This document shows positions 9,740-18,291 of a stretch of 64,000 nt of DNA, in pieces. Under the pieces are notes generated by a model. That model made no database searches, was not told the DNA's origin, and worked only from the letters and a program-made list of their open reading frames with translations. The stretch is from an uncultured bacterium (lineage in GTDB: Bacteria > Zixibacteria > MSB-5A5 > CAIYYT01). The DNA lies in contig CAVSCK010000004.1 in the NCBI GenBank assembly GCA_963726455.1, positions 256,001 through 320,000 of the forward strand, in the 5' to 3' direction. How positions within the stretch are numbered: the first letter of the stretch is position 1; each line of letters starts with the position of its first letter. A program made the position numbers and the translations under genes.

Positions 9740-10711
9740 ATGCACAAACTGCAGTTGCTCGTTGCTTCAGTCGTGACAATCGTGTGCTTGTCAGCGCCGC
9801 TGTTGGCGCAGGACACCGGCATACCCGACACTGTCTACTATGGTGACAACGGCAAGGCCTACGGCTATTCGGGCGGCGTCTTTAGAGTACCAGTGTACGT
9901 AACGTCAGACCAAAGTCTTCAGGGAATCTGTCTTGGCATGGAATTCGGACTCAACACGAGCGGCCTCGTATTTGATTCGCTTTCAAAGTTAGGAAGCATC
10001 TTTTGGAACAACCAGTATTTTGACGTATCCAACCACTTTCTGATGACGAACCTCCTGGGATGTAATCCACCAAATCCGGATACAGTAGGATTCGGCGGTG
10101 CCTCGAATAGTCGGCCTCTTCCGGCTGGAAGGTACAAACTTTGTGATGTGTTCTTTCATGGAGCAAGTATTGGTGACCAGATTGCAGCAGATTCGGCCTG
10201 GTTTCCGCAGGCCGGGAATTTCATATTCGTTCCCTATTCACAGGGCGCCTGGAATGACTACGTTCCCCGATTCGTTGGGGGATCTCTGACAATAGCACAA
10301 GGAACGCCAGAGTTCTTCAGTACGCTTCCGGCGCAGATTAACGGTATTGGCGGCAATGTAGTAACATTCTCATTCGGTGCTGAGGGCACATTTCCGCCGG
10401 TTACGATTGCGCTAGATAGTCTCCGTAAGGTATCGAGTGGCGCGCTGCCGTTTTCCGCACCGGTCTGCGCGACAGGGAATCCAGTGACATTCAACTGGAG
10501 CTCGTTGTATTACGAGGTCGGAACCTGGACCGCGTTCTTCACTGCCACTGACGGCGCGATGCATACTCAGCAACTGACGACTTCTATATTGATGTCTCCC
10601 GGAGCGAATTATGGCGACGCCAACTGCGATGGAGTCATTGATATCTCCGACGTGGTTTACCTGATTGGCTTCATATTTACGCCGGGTTCTCCAGCGCCGT
10701 GTACACAGTGA
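9740..10711 (+). CDS. Secreted cohesin-like + Ig-like + dockerin type I repeat protein
   Basis: AGGAGG SD; signal peptide ending PLLA-Q; beta-sandwich region VFRVPVYV..DSAWFPQAGNFIF; C-terminal GDANCDGVIDISDVVYLIGFIF EF-hand dockerin repeat. Confidence 0.75.
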   Translation: MHKLQLLVASVVTIVCLSAPLLAQDTGIPDTVYYGDNGKAYGYSGGVFRVPVYVTSDQSLQGICLGMEFGLNTSGLVFDSLSKLGSIFWNNQYFDVSNHFLMTNLLGCNPPNPDTVGFGGASNSRPLPAGRYKLCDVFFHGASIGDQIAADSAWFPQAGNFIFVPYSQGAWNDYVPRFVGGSLTIAQGTPEFFSTLPAQINGIGGNVVTFSFGAEGTFPPVTIALDSLRKVSSGALPFSAPVCATGNPVTFNWSSLYYEVGTWTAFFTATDGAMHTQQLTTSILMSPGANYGDANCDGVIDISDVVYLIGFIFTPGSPAPCTQ

Positions 10712-10817
10712 CATAGATGCGCTGGGACTGACATCTCGATTCCCCATACGGAATTGGGCTCAGTCAACCGGGTACCTTCATTTTGGACCAGATATCGGTA
10801 CTGCACAATGGGATAAC

Positions 10818-10858
10818 GTCGTGATCCCTTCCGGAATGAGTCCGGAAGGGATTGCGAC
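10818..10858. repeat. Strong intergenic inverted repeat
   Basis: GTCGTGATCCCTTCCGGA-ATGAG-TCCGGAAGGGATTGCGAC, 18-bp stem. Confidence 0.6.
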
Positions 10859-10888
10859 AATCCGCTGTCCTGACAGTAAATTATTTTG

Positions 10889-10916
10889 TTGACAGCCGCC
10901 GATTAGACGATATATT
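10889..10916 (+). promoter_or_regulatory. Sigma70-type promoter of tRNA-Gly/tRNA-Cys
   Basis: TTGACA-N16-TATATT about 20 nt upstream of tRNA-Gly. Confidence 0.6.
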
Positions 10917-10937
10917 TGGACGCTAGATGCTAGTGAC

Positions 10938-11010
10938 GCGGGAATAGCTCAGTTGGTAGAGCTCTACCTTGCCAAGGTAGTTGTCGCGGGTTCGAGTCCC
11001 GTTTCCCGCT
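10938..11010 (+). tRNA. tRNA-Gly (GCC)
   Basis: GCGGGAA acceptor stem, anticodon arm CTACC-TTGCCAA-GGTAG, GGTTCGAGTCC T-arm; CCA not encoded. Confidence 0.95.
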
Positions 11011-11091
11011 CTTTCTTATGCCGGGGTAACTCCTTGGGATTCCAAGGGTACCCGACCAGTAGAAAAGGCGTCGCAACCGTTTAGTCATTCC

Positions 11092-11166
<75 letters not shown>

Positions 11167-11223
11167 ATTCTCCAAGAAGTCTTTGTAAGCTGGAAGGTTG
11201 AGTGATTCTGTCGGCGTGTGCCG

Positions 11224-13623
11224 CTAGTTGCCGATTCCCCACGACAACGTGAAGGCGTTACTGGCATAATGAGATAGCTGCCAGGTGAAATGAATCTGAA
11301 AATTGAAGATGGAAAGAAAAGGGGTCAGGTTGCCGATGCCGAATCCGATTTCGCTGTACGGTGTCGGCGCAGTCTTATAGTGGTCAGCAAAGCCACGATT
11401 CCTGAATTCCGTCCAGAAGGCGCCGCCATGAACACTTAAAGTAAAGGGGATGTTCTTGATGAGAGGCAAATGGCTCTTGCGAAACAGAATCTGCCGAAAA
11501 TCATGTTCAATATAAAGAGACAATCCGCGATCCCCGACAAAGCCCTGCTCATAGACCGTGTAGAAACTCGCGTTTCCGGCAATCGCTCCCGCGCCCGAGA
11601 CGATCTGGTAAAATCTTTGTGGCGGCAGGCCCCGGTCTGATGTCGCTCCATAAAGTGTAAAGGACGTGACGCCAAAGTCGAAGGTACGCTGACGCCGGTA
11701 CAGATAGAGATCGTACTTGTGAAAATCGAGGTCGCTTTTCAGGAATCCGGGCGAAGACGTTTCGACTCCGACGCGGGCTAGCGTGTACTGAACCAGCGGA
11801 CTGACAACGTCTCTGTCCTTGATTCGCGACAGCTTGCGTGAGTCGAATGTCAAACTTGCAGATAGCGAACGCAAGCGGCCATCTGCGATCGGAGGATTGG
11901 GACGATGTTTGCTATCCTGACTCAGTAGACTGTATTGCGTATTGACGCCGACAGATGATTGGCGATAGTCGTTGTAAGTTGCAGTCAGAGTTGTCTGACG
12001 CAGTATTCGGCCCGAGACATGAGCTGTGAGACCGCGCTGGAAATAGTAATCGTACGGATCACGCTTTGCAGTCAGTACGTCGAACGTTGGACTCACCCAA
12101 CCACCCGGCTGCACCGGACGATTGACAATCGCCTGTTGATATTGCGCTCCGACGATTAGCTGATGTTTACGCCAAAGTCGCTGGTCGATGCCGATCGCAT
12201 ATTGTCCATGCTTTTCATTAAATCCATAACCGCCCTTCAACGTCAGCACCGTGCCCGGCCGCAGCCGGTTCAATTCGACCTGCATGCCGAGATAGGGCCC
12301 CTCGACACGATTGAAATGAAAAATGTCGTGGCTGCCGCCAAGCGCCAAATAGAGCGCTCCACCAACTACAGTCAACCCGGTTCGTGTGACTTGCTTGCCG
12401 AACGGCACCGGCGCTTTTTCCAGGGAGTCAATCATCTGATAACCACGAGTTTCTTCGGTCGTCAGGGGAATTGTCTGACGGGAATACCAGGCGGTCGAGT
12501 CGATTTTGTCGGCGTTTTCGGCCACTTCGAAGTCGTAGTCGGAGAATGTGCCCTTGGGATTCCCCCGATCGAAGCTGTAATCATAAAGTGAAGCGTGATG
12601 CTCAAATTTCATGTTGGGAGGCACGCCGGGAAATTTGATATGTACATCGGCCGAGAATCTGATCTCGATCGGCATCCAGTATTCTCTATCCAGTTGCGCG
12701 AAGTGCTGCTGGTAGCGCAAGTTGCTCAGGAAAGGGACCGCGACCGCCTTGTTGACGCCGACATCTACCTCGACCACATCGAATGTTGAATCAACGATGC
12801 TGATATTGCCGACAAATAGCTGATTGGCGTCGTTCTTGGGCTCGATTTCCAGCCGGTAAATCTTGCGATTGTCGACGTAGACGCTGTCTTTGAGATAATA
12901 ATTGTAGTAATCTAGAGCATCTTTCGCTGTAGGGGAGACCAGCGAGTAACGTTCTATGTCGATGCGGTTGCGGTTGAAGTTGAGAATTCTGCCGACGCCG
13001 ACCATATTGGCTTCGGGTGGTAAGTTGGACGATTGTTTGCGCGCCGTGATTACTTCTTTGTATTTGTCCGGTTGTTCCCAGAAGCAGGTGAGTTGAGTTT
13101 CCGTTATCAGCATGATCTTGGCGGAATCCGGTTTCGGCAATTGGCGAACGACCAATTTGGTGTAGGCATCGAATCGGTAGTCATGGATTTTGTCGAGAAT
13201 ATCCTTCTTTCGTTTGATCGCTTCGATGATGATCCTTTGTCCCGGATCGTACTGCTGGTCATAGACGGTGACGGCTCCGATCTGGAGAATTCCGGGCTTC
13301 AAGTAGACATCGTACGCCGCGGTTGTATCGCCGACACTTGCAGCAATCGTCGTTGAGTAGTATCCGATGTGGGTGAACTTGAGCTGATATTGTCCTGGAG
13401 AAAGTATCAGACGGTAGCGGCCCTCCTGATTCACCAGTGCGGATTTGCCGGTCGATATAACCTGCACCGTGACAAAGGGAATCGGTTGACCGTTCGACGT
13501 GTCGTACACGGTGCCTTGAACCAGTGTGCTCTTGATGCCTGCGGGCACTGTCTCGGCCGTAGCGGAGACGATGCCGTGCAAGAGGAAGGTTGTCAGGAAC
13601 GAAGCTAATAGTCTCAAATTCAT
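11224..13623 (-). CDS. Outer-membrane protein with carboxypeptidase-regulatory-like N-domain and DUF5686-type beta-barrel
   Basis: Signal peptide from ATG 13623; VQGTVYD..GQPIPFVTV..GRYRL..FTHIGY; FHFNRVEG motif; amphipathic strands ending FTLSWGIGN. Confidence 0.75.
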   Translation of the reverse strand: MNLRLLASFLTTFLLHGIVSATAETVPAGIKSTLVQGTVYDTSNGQPIPFVTVQVISTGKSALVNQEGRYRLILSPGQYQLKFTHIGYYSTTIAASVGDTTAAYDVYLKPGILQIGAVTVYDQQYDPGQRIIIEAIKRKKDILDKIHDYRFDAYTKLVVRQLPKPDSAKIMLITETQLTCFWEQPDKYKEVITARKQSSNLPPEANMVGVGRILNFNRNRIDIERYSLVSPTAKDALDYYNYYLKDSVYVDNRKIYRLEIEPKNDANQLFVGNISIVDSTFDVVEVDVGVNKAVAVPFLSNLRYQQHFAQLDREYWMPIEIRFSADVHIKFPGVPPNMKFEHHASLYDYSFDRGNPKGTFSDYDFEVAENADKIDSTAWYSRQTIPLTTEETRGYQMIDSLEKAPVPFGKQVTRTGLTVVGGALYLALGGSHDIFHFNRVEGPYLGMQVELNRLRPGTVLTLKGGYGFNEKHGQYAIGIDQRLWRKHQLIVGAQYQQAIVNRPVQPGGWVSPTFDVLTAKRDPYDYYFQRGLTAHVSGRILRQTTLTATYNDYRQSSVGVNTQYSLLSQDSKHRPNPPIADGRLRSLSASLTFDSRKLSRIKDRDVVSPLVQYTLARVGVETSSPGFLKSDLDFHKYDLYLYRRQRTFDFGVTSFTLYGATSDRGLPPQRFYQIVSGAGAIAGNASFYTVYEQGFVGDRGLSLYIEHDFRQILFRKSHLPLIKNIPFTLSVHGGAFWTEFRNRGFADHYKTAPTPYSEIGFGIGNLTPFLSIFNFQIHFTWQLSHYASNAFTLSWGIGN

Positions 13624-13737
13624 CCTCGCTACATTGGTGCGATGAAGTTTACCTATACGTGACTCATGGCACCGAAGTTTCGCTTGGATTCCGAAATGCT
13701 TGCCGGAAGACAACGAGAGCTTGGCAACATCTGGTGC

Positions 13738-14703
13738 TTACGACTTGGCAACCGTCAGTCTGCTTGCGAGCCGTTTGAGTTTCGGATATCGATGTCGGCA
13801 CACCGTGAACGACTCGCATCTGCGGGCGCCCAATGACTCCTTGAATCTTTCCAGATCGGCCAAATTAAGACTGGTGCCCAAATTGTAATCACTGATGCCG
13901 TTTTCGATCAGATGGCGGATTATCTCGGCGTGCAGCAGGTTGTTGGCTTTCAGATTCCGATGCTCGTAGTCTAAGCCACCGTAAAGGTATCCGCCGGTGC
14001 GCTGATAATGACAAAAGATGGCGCCGGCAATGGCTTTGTCTTCGTGGATTACTAGAGCAATCTTGGCACGTGATCCGGGCATCTCGACCAGTCTCTGCAA
14101 ACGTTCCAGCGAGTGTGGTTGTGTTGCGGTGTTGCGGTCTTTCCAGCGTGAGAAGGACAGCAGATGCACCTGGTAAAATGGTTCCAGCAACTCTCTGCCG
14201 CCGATAGTTACGGTGAGCCCTTTGCGCTGCCCAACACGAACATTGTAGCGTTCGACTTCCGGCCGCATGAACCATTCGTCGAATGTCGTCGGCAAATCAA
14301 CGCGGTGGTACACTTCCCTGCCGGCAGGGAAGAAGTTCAGGGTTTCCCATTTGGCACGGTCACGTTCAAAGTATTCACCCGGGACATCGAGGTTCATCAC
14401 ACAGTTACGGGGCAGTTCCGCCACGACTGACCAGGCGTGATCGTCCATTTCCCTGATTCCCAATAAGCTGTTGACCGACACGCCGGTGTAGACCTCTGAC
14501 TTGGCAATACCAAAGACGGTAGTGTTGTCCTTGGCAACAGGTATCAGAATGCCATCCGACGAGAAGACGTAAGTCCTCTCCCACGAGCGAATCTGTGTCG
14601 CAAAGAACTCCGGTCCACCCAACGACGCCGGCGTAATCGTGGTCTGATCGGCTGCCTGCTGCCATGCAGCTACATGTGAATTGTCAAACTTAGTCAGATT
14701 CAT
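13738..14703 (-). CDS. GNAT/FemAB-like acyltransferase
   Basis: RYNVRVGQRKGL..YLYGG..NNLLHAEII..YNLG..LERFKESLGA; start placed at ATG 14703 to avoid overlapping the divergent VIT1 gene. Confidence 0.7.
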   Translation of the reverse strand: MNLTKFDNSHVAAWQQAADQTTITPASLGGPEFFATQIRSWERTYVFSSDGILIPVAKDNTTVFGIAKSEVYTGVSVNSLLGIREMDDHAWSVVAELPRNCVMNLDVPGEYFERDRAKWETLNFFPAGREVYHRVDLPTTFDEWFMRPEVERYNVRVGQRKGLTVTIGGRELLEPFYQVHLLSFSRWKDRNTATQPHSLERLQRLVEMPGSRAKIALVIHEDKAIAGAIFCHYQRTGGYLYGGLDYEHRNLKANNLLHAEIIRHLIENGISDYNLGTSLNLADLERFKESLGARRCESFTVCRHRYPKLKRLASRLTVAKS

Positions 14704-14779
14704 TGTCGTTCTCTTGATTGATAAGATATTGGCTGCTTGTCTGGTCGCAATGTCAAAAAGCGGCGCGGGAGAATGAGAT

Positions 14780-15520
14780 ATGGCTATAAGTAAATTGTCG
14801 GCAGATGTTGCGGAATCACTGCCGCCCGAAGCACCACACAGCGAACAGCATTTCAAATCCTCGGAAACCGTTCGCGACATCGTGATCGGCATGTCCGATG
14901 GCCTGACTGTTCCGTTTGCTCTGGCAGCGGGATTGTCGGGTGCAGTAGCATCTACAGCCATCGTGGTGACTGCCGGTTTTGCGGAGATTGCCGCAGGTTC
15001 AATAGCGATGGGATTAGGCGGCTATCTGGCGGCGCGCACTGATGCTGAGCACTATCACTCTGAAGTACAGCGCGAGATCAGGGAGACGGAACTGGTGCCC
15101 GACAAGGAGGAACAGGAGGTAGCCGATGTGTTTCGCGGCTACGGAATGTCCGAGGATCATATTGCTCCGGTAGTGGAAGCCATCCGATCCGACCAACGTC
15201 GCTGGGTCGATTTCATGATGCGGTTTGAACTCGGCTTGGAGCAGCCCGATCCAAAACGCGCCCGCCGTAGCGCCTGGACAATCGCGCTATCGTATATCGC
15301 CGGCGGCCTGATCCCGCTGATGCCATACTTAGTGTTAAGACATCTTCTGTCGGCCCTCTATTTGTCCGTCGGTGTAACACTCACGGCGCTGTTCCTGTTT
15401 GGCTATGTCAAAGGACGATTCACCGGTCTTAGGCCCTGGCGGGCGGCATTCCAGACTGTTCTGATCGGGGGATTAGCCGCGGCTGCAGCGTTTGCGATTG
15501 CACGGCTCATAAGCGAGTAG
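14780..15520 (+). CDS. VIT1/CCC1 family iron/manganese transporter
   Basis: RDIVIGMSDGL, AGSIAMGLGGYLA, FMMRFELGL, five TM helices. Confidence 0.93.
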   Translation: MAISKLSADVAESLPPEAPHSEQHFKSSETVRDIVIGMSDGLTVPFALAAGLSGAVASTAIVVTAGFAEIAAGSIAMGLGGYLAARTDAEHYHSEVQREIRETELVPDKEEQEVADVFRGYGMSEDHIAPVVEAIRSDQRRWVDFMMRFELGLEQPDPKRARRSAWTIALSYIAGGLIPLMPYLVLRHLLSALYLSVGVTLTALFLFGYVKGRFTGLRPWRAAFQTVLIGGLAAAAAFAIARLISE

Positions 15521-15613
15521 ACGCTATAATGCATGCGGCTTGACAGGACCGAATCGAAGTGGATTTTTCGCGGATTTTTCCGACAATTAGAGTAAATCTG
15601 AGAGGAGTTCGCT

Positions 15614-16000
15614 ATGACTTTGGGCACGGTACTTGTTGCTGAAGATGACAGTCTGATCAGGGCGGTTTTCGCCGATATAGTGCGAAATGAAGGTTTCGAT
15701 CTTGTGGAAGTTGACGACGGAGAGCGCGCACTCCAGGTGGTGAACTCGCGCCAGATCGACATGATCGTCACCGACATGAAAATGCCGGTCATGGACGGAT
15801 TTGACCTGTTGGTGGCGGTCAAAAAGGCGCACCCTGAAATTCCCATTACGGTTATTACCGGATTCAATAGCGAATATCGCGAAACGGAAGCTCTGGCGGC
15901 CGGCGCCGACGCCTACATTACCAAGCCATTCAAAGTCTCCGATGTCGCGGAGACATTACGTGCCATGCACAAGAAAGTCAAGCCGGGTACCGAAAAGTAA
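15614..16000 (+). CDS. Single-domain response regulator (CheY-like receiver)
   Basis: VLVAEDD, IVTDMKMPVMDG, ITG, YITKPF; AGGAG SD. Confidence 0.92.
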   Translation: MTLGTVLVAEDDSLIRAVFADIVRNEGFDLVEVDDGERALQVVNSRQIDMIVTDMKMPVMDGFDLLVAVKKAHPEIPITVITGFNSEYRETEALAAGADAYITKPFKVSDVAETLRAMHKKVKPGTEK

Positions 16001-16039
16001 GTCTCGATACCGGTGACGCCAAGCTGAGCACCTACACGG

Positions 16040-16900
16040 CTAGTTGACAAGGCCGATCAATTCCATAACCAAACCAGCCGAATTTGCCGCTGCAATCTTG
16101 AAAAATTGATCCAACTGTGCCTCTGCCGTGGCGTCCTTGGCGCCGCCGGCGAGATCGGACGCCGAACGGATGATCACAAACGGGACGCCATTTACAGTGC
16201 ATACCTGAGCCACAGATGCGGATTCCATGTCCGTCACCAGTGCGCCAAATCGTTTGTTCAGCCACAATCGCTTTTCGGCATTGTCGATGAATGAGTTTCC
16301 GCTAACGCCGGTTCCGCCGACCAGGATGCGCGGCGCCCGTGCGCCCACATTCTGCAAGTTCAAACTGGCGGCCTTGATGCCTGCCGCTCTTGCGACCAGA
16401 CCGGTGTCGGCAGGAAAGGCCCAGAACGATTCAATGCTATCATTTCTGGCCGAATACGCGCGAATTGGCATCGGTTGGACACTGTCCGGGCCGGCGTAAA
16501 GCATGTCATGTGCGATCCAGGCCGAGCTTACGCAAAGATCACCGATGTGAACGGAGCTGTCGATAGCCCCGGCGATGCCGCTGAACACCAGCGCGCGCGG
16601 ATGAAAACGCGAAATCAATTCCTCTGTCGTCATTGCAGCATTGGTCATACCTACGCCTGATTCGGCAAGCACAACGTTCTTGCCGCTCAGAGTGCCCAGA
16701 TGCACGTCTCTTCCGAGAACGTGTACTGCGGAATCCGCCGTCATTTTACTGATCAGTACACGGCCCTCTTCGCCGAAAGCATACAGCACGAGTATGGGAC
16801 CATTGCTTTCCGCGAAGGCCCTGCAACTGACGGCTATTACCAGTATTACGATGGCGAGAAGTGAGAAGCTCCTTGGTAAACGCGATCTGGATTGTTTCAT
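16040..16900 (-). CDS. mtnN: 5'-methylthioadenosine/S-adenosylhomocysteine nucleosidase with signal peptide
   Basis: SGVGMTNAA, FSGIAG, DMESASVAQVC, IRSASDLAG; N-terminal signal peptide ending AFA-E. Confidence 0.85.
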   Translation of the reverse strand: MKQSRSRLPRSFSLLAIVILVIAVSCRAFAESNGPILVLYAFGEEGRVLISKMTADSAVHVLGRDVHLGTLSGKNVVLAESGVGMTNAAMTTEELISRFHPRALVFSGIAGAIDSSVHIGDLCVSSAWIAHDMLYAGPDSVQPMPIRAYSARNDSIESFWAFPADTGLVARAAGIKAASLNLQNVGARAPRILVGGTGVSGNSFIDNAEKRLWLNKRFGALVTDMESASVAQVCTVNGVPFVIIRSASDLAGGAKDATAEAQLDQFFKIAAANSAGLVMELIGLVN

Positions 16901-17134
16901 ATCTTACCGGCCTTTCACTGATCCGACCTACCAGAGGTTCGTCAGATTGTGTCAATAGTCTTGCTGCTTAAGAAAATCCGTTTCAAGTCAAAATGGTACT
17001 TGATTTTTGACGGCCATTGAACAAAATCATCATTAGATCTATCTGGCGAACTTCGGGGTTAGGCGATAGCGGACGTGCAATACCGGCCAGCTTGATCGTT
17101 GACAGAGAACGACAGTAGATATGGTGAGGGAAAT

Positions 17135-17641
17135 ATGACAGATAGCAATCTTACTGAGACGTTGCTGAAGGCCATGAAAGCAGAGCGCGACGGACATAGT
17201 TTCTATATGATGGCAGCCGGAAGCACCGGCGATCCGAAAGGGAGAACAGTCTTCGAGACGCTCGCGAAGGAAGAACTCGATCATTTGCAGTTCCTGAGAG
17301 AGCATTATGATTCAATTGCGAAAACGGGGCAACTTAGCCAGACTGCCCGGCTGCATGCCAGACTGAATCTGGAAGGACCATCGCCGCTTTTCTCCGAAGG
17401 CATACAGAAGCGGATCAATGATGCGCATTATGAAATGAGCGCCCTGTCGATCGGCATTCAATTGGAACTCGACTCGATGAACTTCTATCGCGCCCAATCA
17501 GGCATTGTTTCTGATCCAGCAGCTAAGAGGTTCTTCCTGGAATTGGCGAGCTGGGAAACGGGCCATTACCAGGCGCTCTTGCGGCAACAAGAAGAACTTA
17601 AGGACGACTACTGGACCAGTGCCGGTTTCTCGCCGTTCTAG
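17135..17641 (+). CDS. Ferritin-like / rubrerythrin family protein
   Basis: E..G..FY, LAKEELDH, ELDSMNFY and LASWETGH diiron ligand pattern. Confidence 0.88.
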   Translation: MTDSNLTETLLKAMKAERDGHSFYMMAAGSTGDPKGRTVFETLAKEELDHLQFLREHYDSIAKTGQLSQTARLHARLNLEGPSPLFSEGIQKRINDAHYEMSALSIGIQLELDSMNFYRAQSGIVSDPAAKRFFLELASWETGHYQALLRQQEELKDDYWTSAGFSPF

Positions 17642-17695
17642 TAGACGAGCTAAAACGTTATATCAATTAGGGCTCTGACAAAAGGAAGGTTAGCA

Positions 17696-17905
17696 ATGAA
17701 GTATGGCGCCAGAAATCAGATTGTTGGCAAGGTGACCGCTATTAAGAAAGGGTCGCTGATGTGCCAGGTCAGTCTTGCCATTCCGGCGGCTTCGAAGATG
17801 GCTTCAGTCATGACCCTTGATTCGCTGAAAGAACTAGGCCTGAAAAGGGGCGACAAAGTTCGCGTCGTGGTGAAGGCCATTAATGTTTTGCTGGTCAAAG
17901 AATAG
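17696..17905 (+). CDS. Molbindin / TOBE-domain molybdate-binding protein (Mop-like)
   Basis: MKYGARNQIVGKV..SVMTLDSLKELGLKRGDKVRVVVKA. Confidence 0.9.
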   Translation: MKYGARNQIVGKVTAIKKGSLMCQVSLAIPAASKMASVMTLDSLKELGLKRGDKVRVVVKAINVLLVKE

Positions 17906-17984
17906 GCGGGGACCTGGCATCTGCTAAACTGATGAGCTGTATGACGACAGGCCGATTGAACTGTGGATACTGGACAAAAAAGCG

Positions 17985-18012
17985 TTGACATTTTCGAAAT
18001 TTCGTATAGAAT
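17985..18012 (+). promoter_or_regulatory. Sigma70-type promoter of tRNA-Pro
   Basis: TTGACA-N16-TAGAAT with an A-tract upstream. Confidence 0.65.
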
Positions 18013-18026
18013 GAGCGACGAACTGT

Positions 18027-18103
18027 CGGGGTGTAGCTCAGACTGGTAGAGCACTTGGTTCGGGACTAAGGGGCCGCTGGTTCAAATCCAGTCACCCCGA
18101 CCA
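18027..18103 (+). tRNA. tRNA-Pro (CGG)
   Basis: CGGGGTG..CACCCCG-A-CCA; anticodon loop TTCGGGA. Confidence 0.95.
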
Positions 18104-18291
18104 GTTTACAAGTGGGATCATAAGATTCCGCTTGGATTGTTGTCACAGGGAGTCGGGTTTTAGGACGAGGGAATGCACCGATTTGCCTCGAAACCCCTCC
18201 GGTGACAATATTGTATTAGACTTGAGAAGTATCTGTATCAAAGGCGGGTCTTCGTGCTATTCACAATGCTGTGTATTCGTATAGGGGGTAT

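Noticed and set aside
14704-14961. N-terminal extension of the 407-aa GNAT ORF
   Set aside because: Overlaps the divergent VIT1 gene; ATG 14703 is the more plausible start
11167-18026. Possible genomic island between tRNA-Cys and tRNA-Pro
   Set aside because: No integrase, transposase or duplicated tRNA 3' end seen; mixed gene content alone is insufficient
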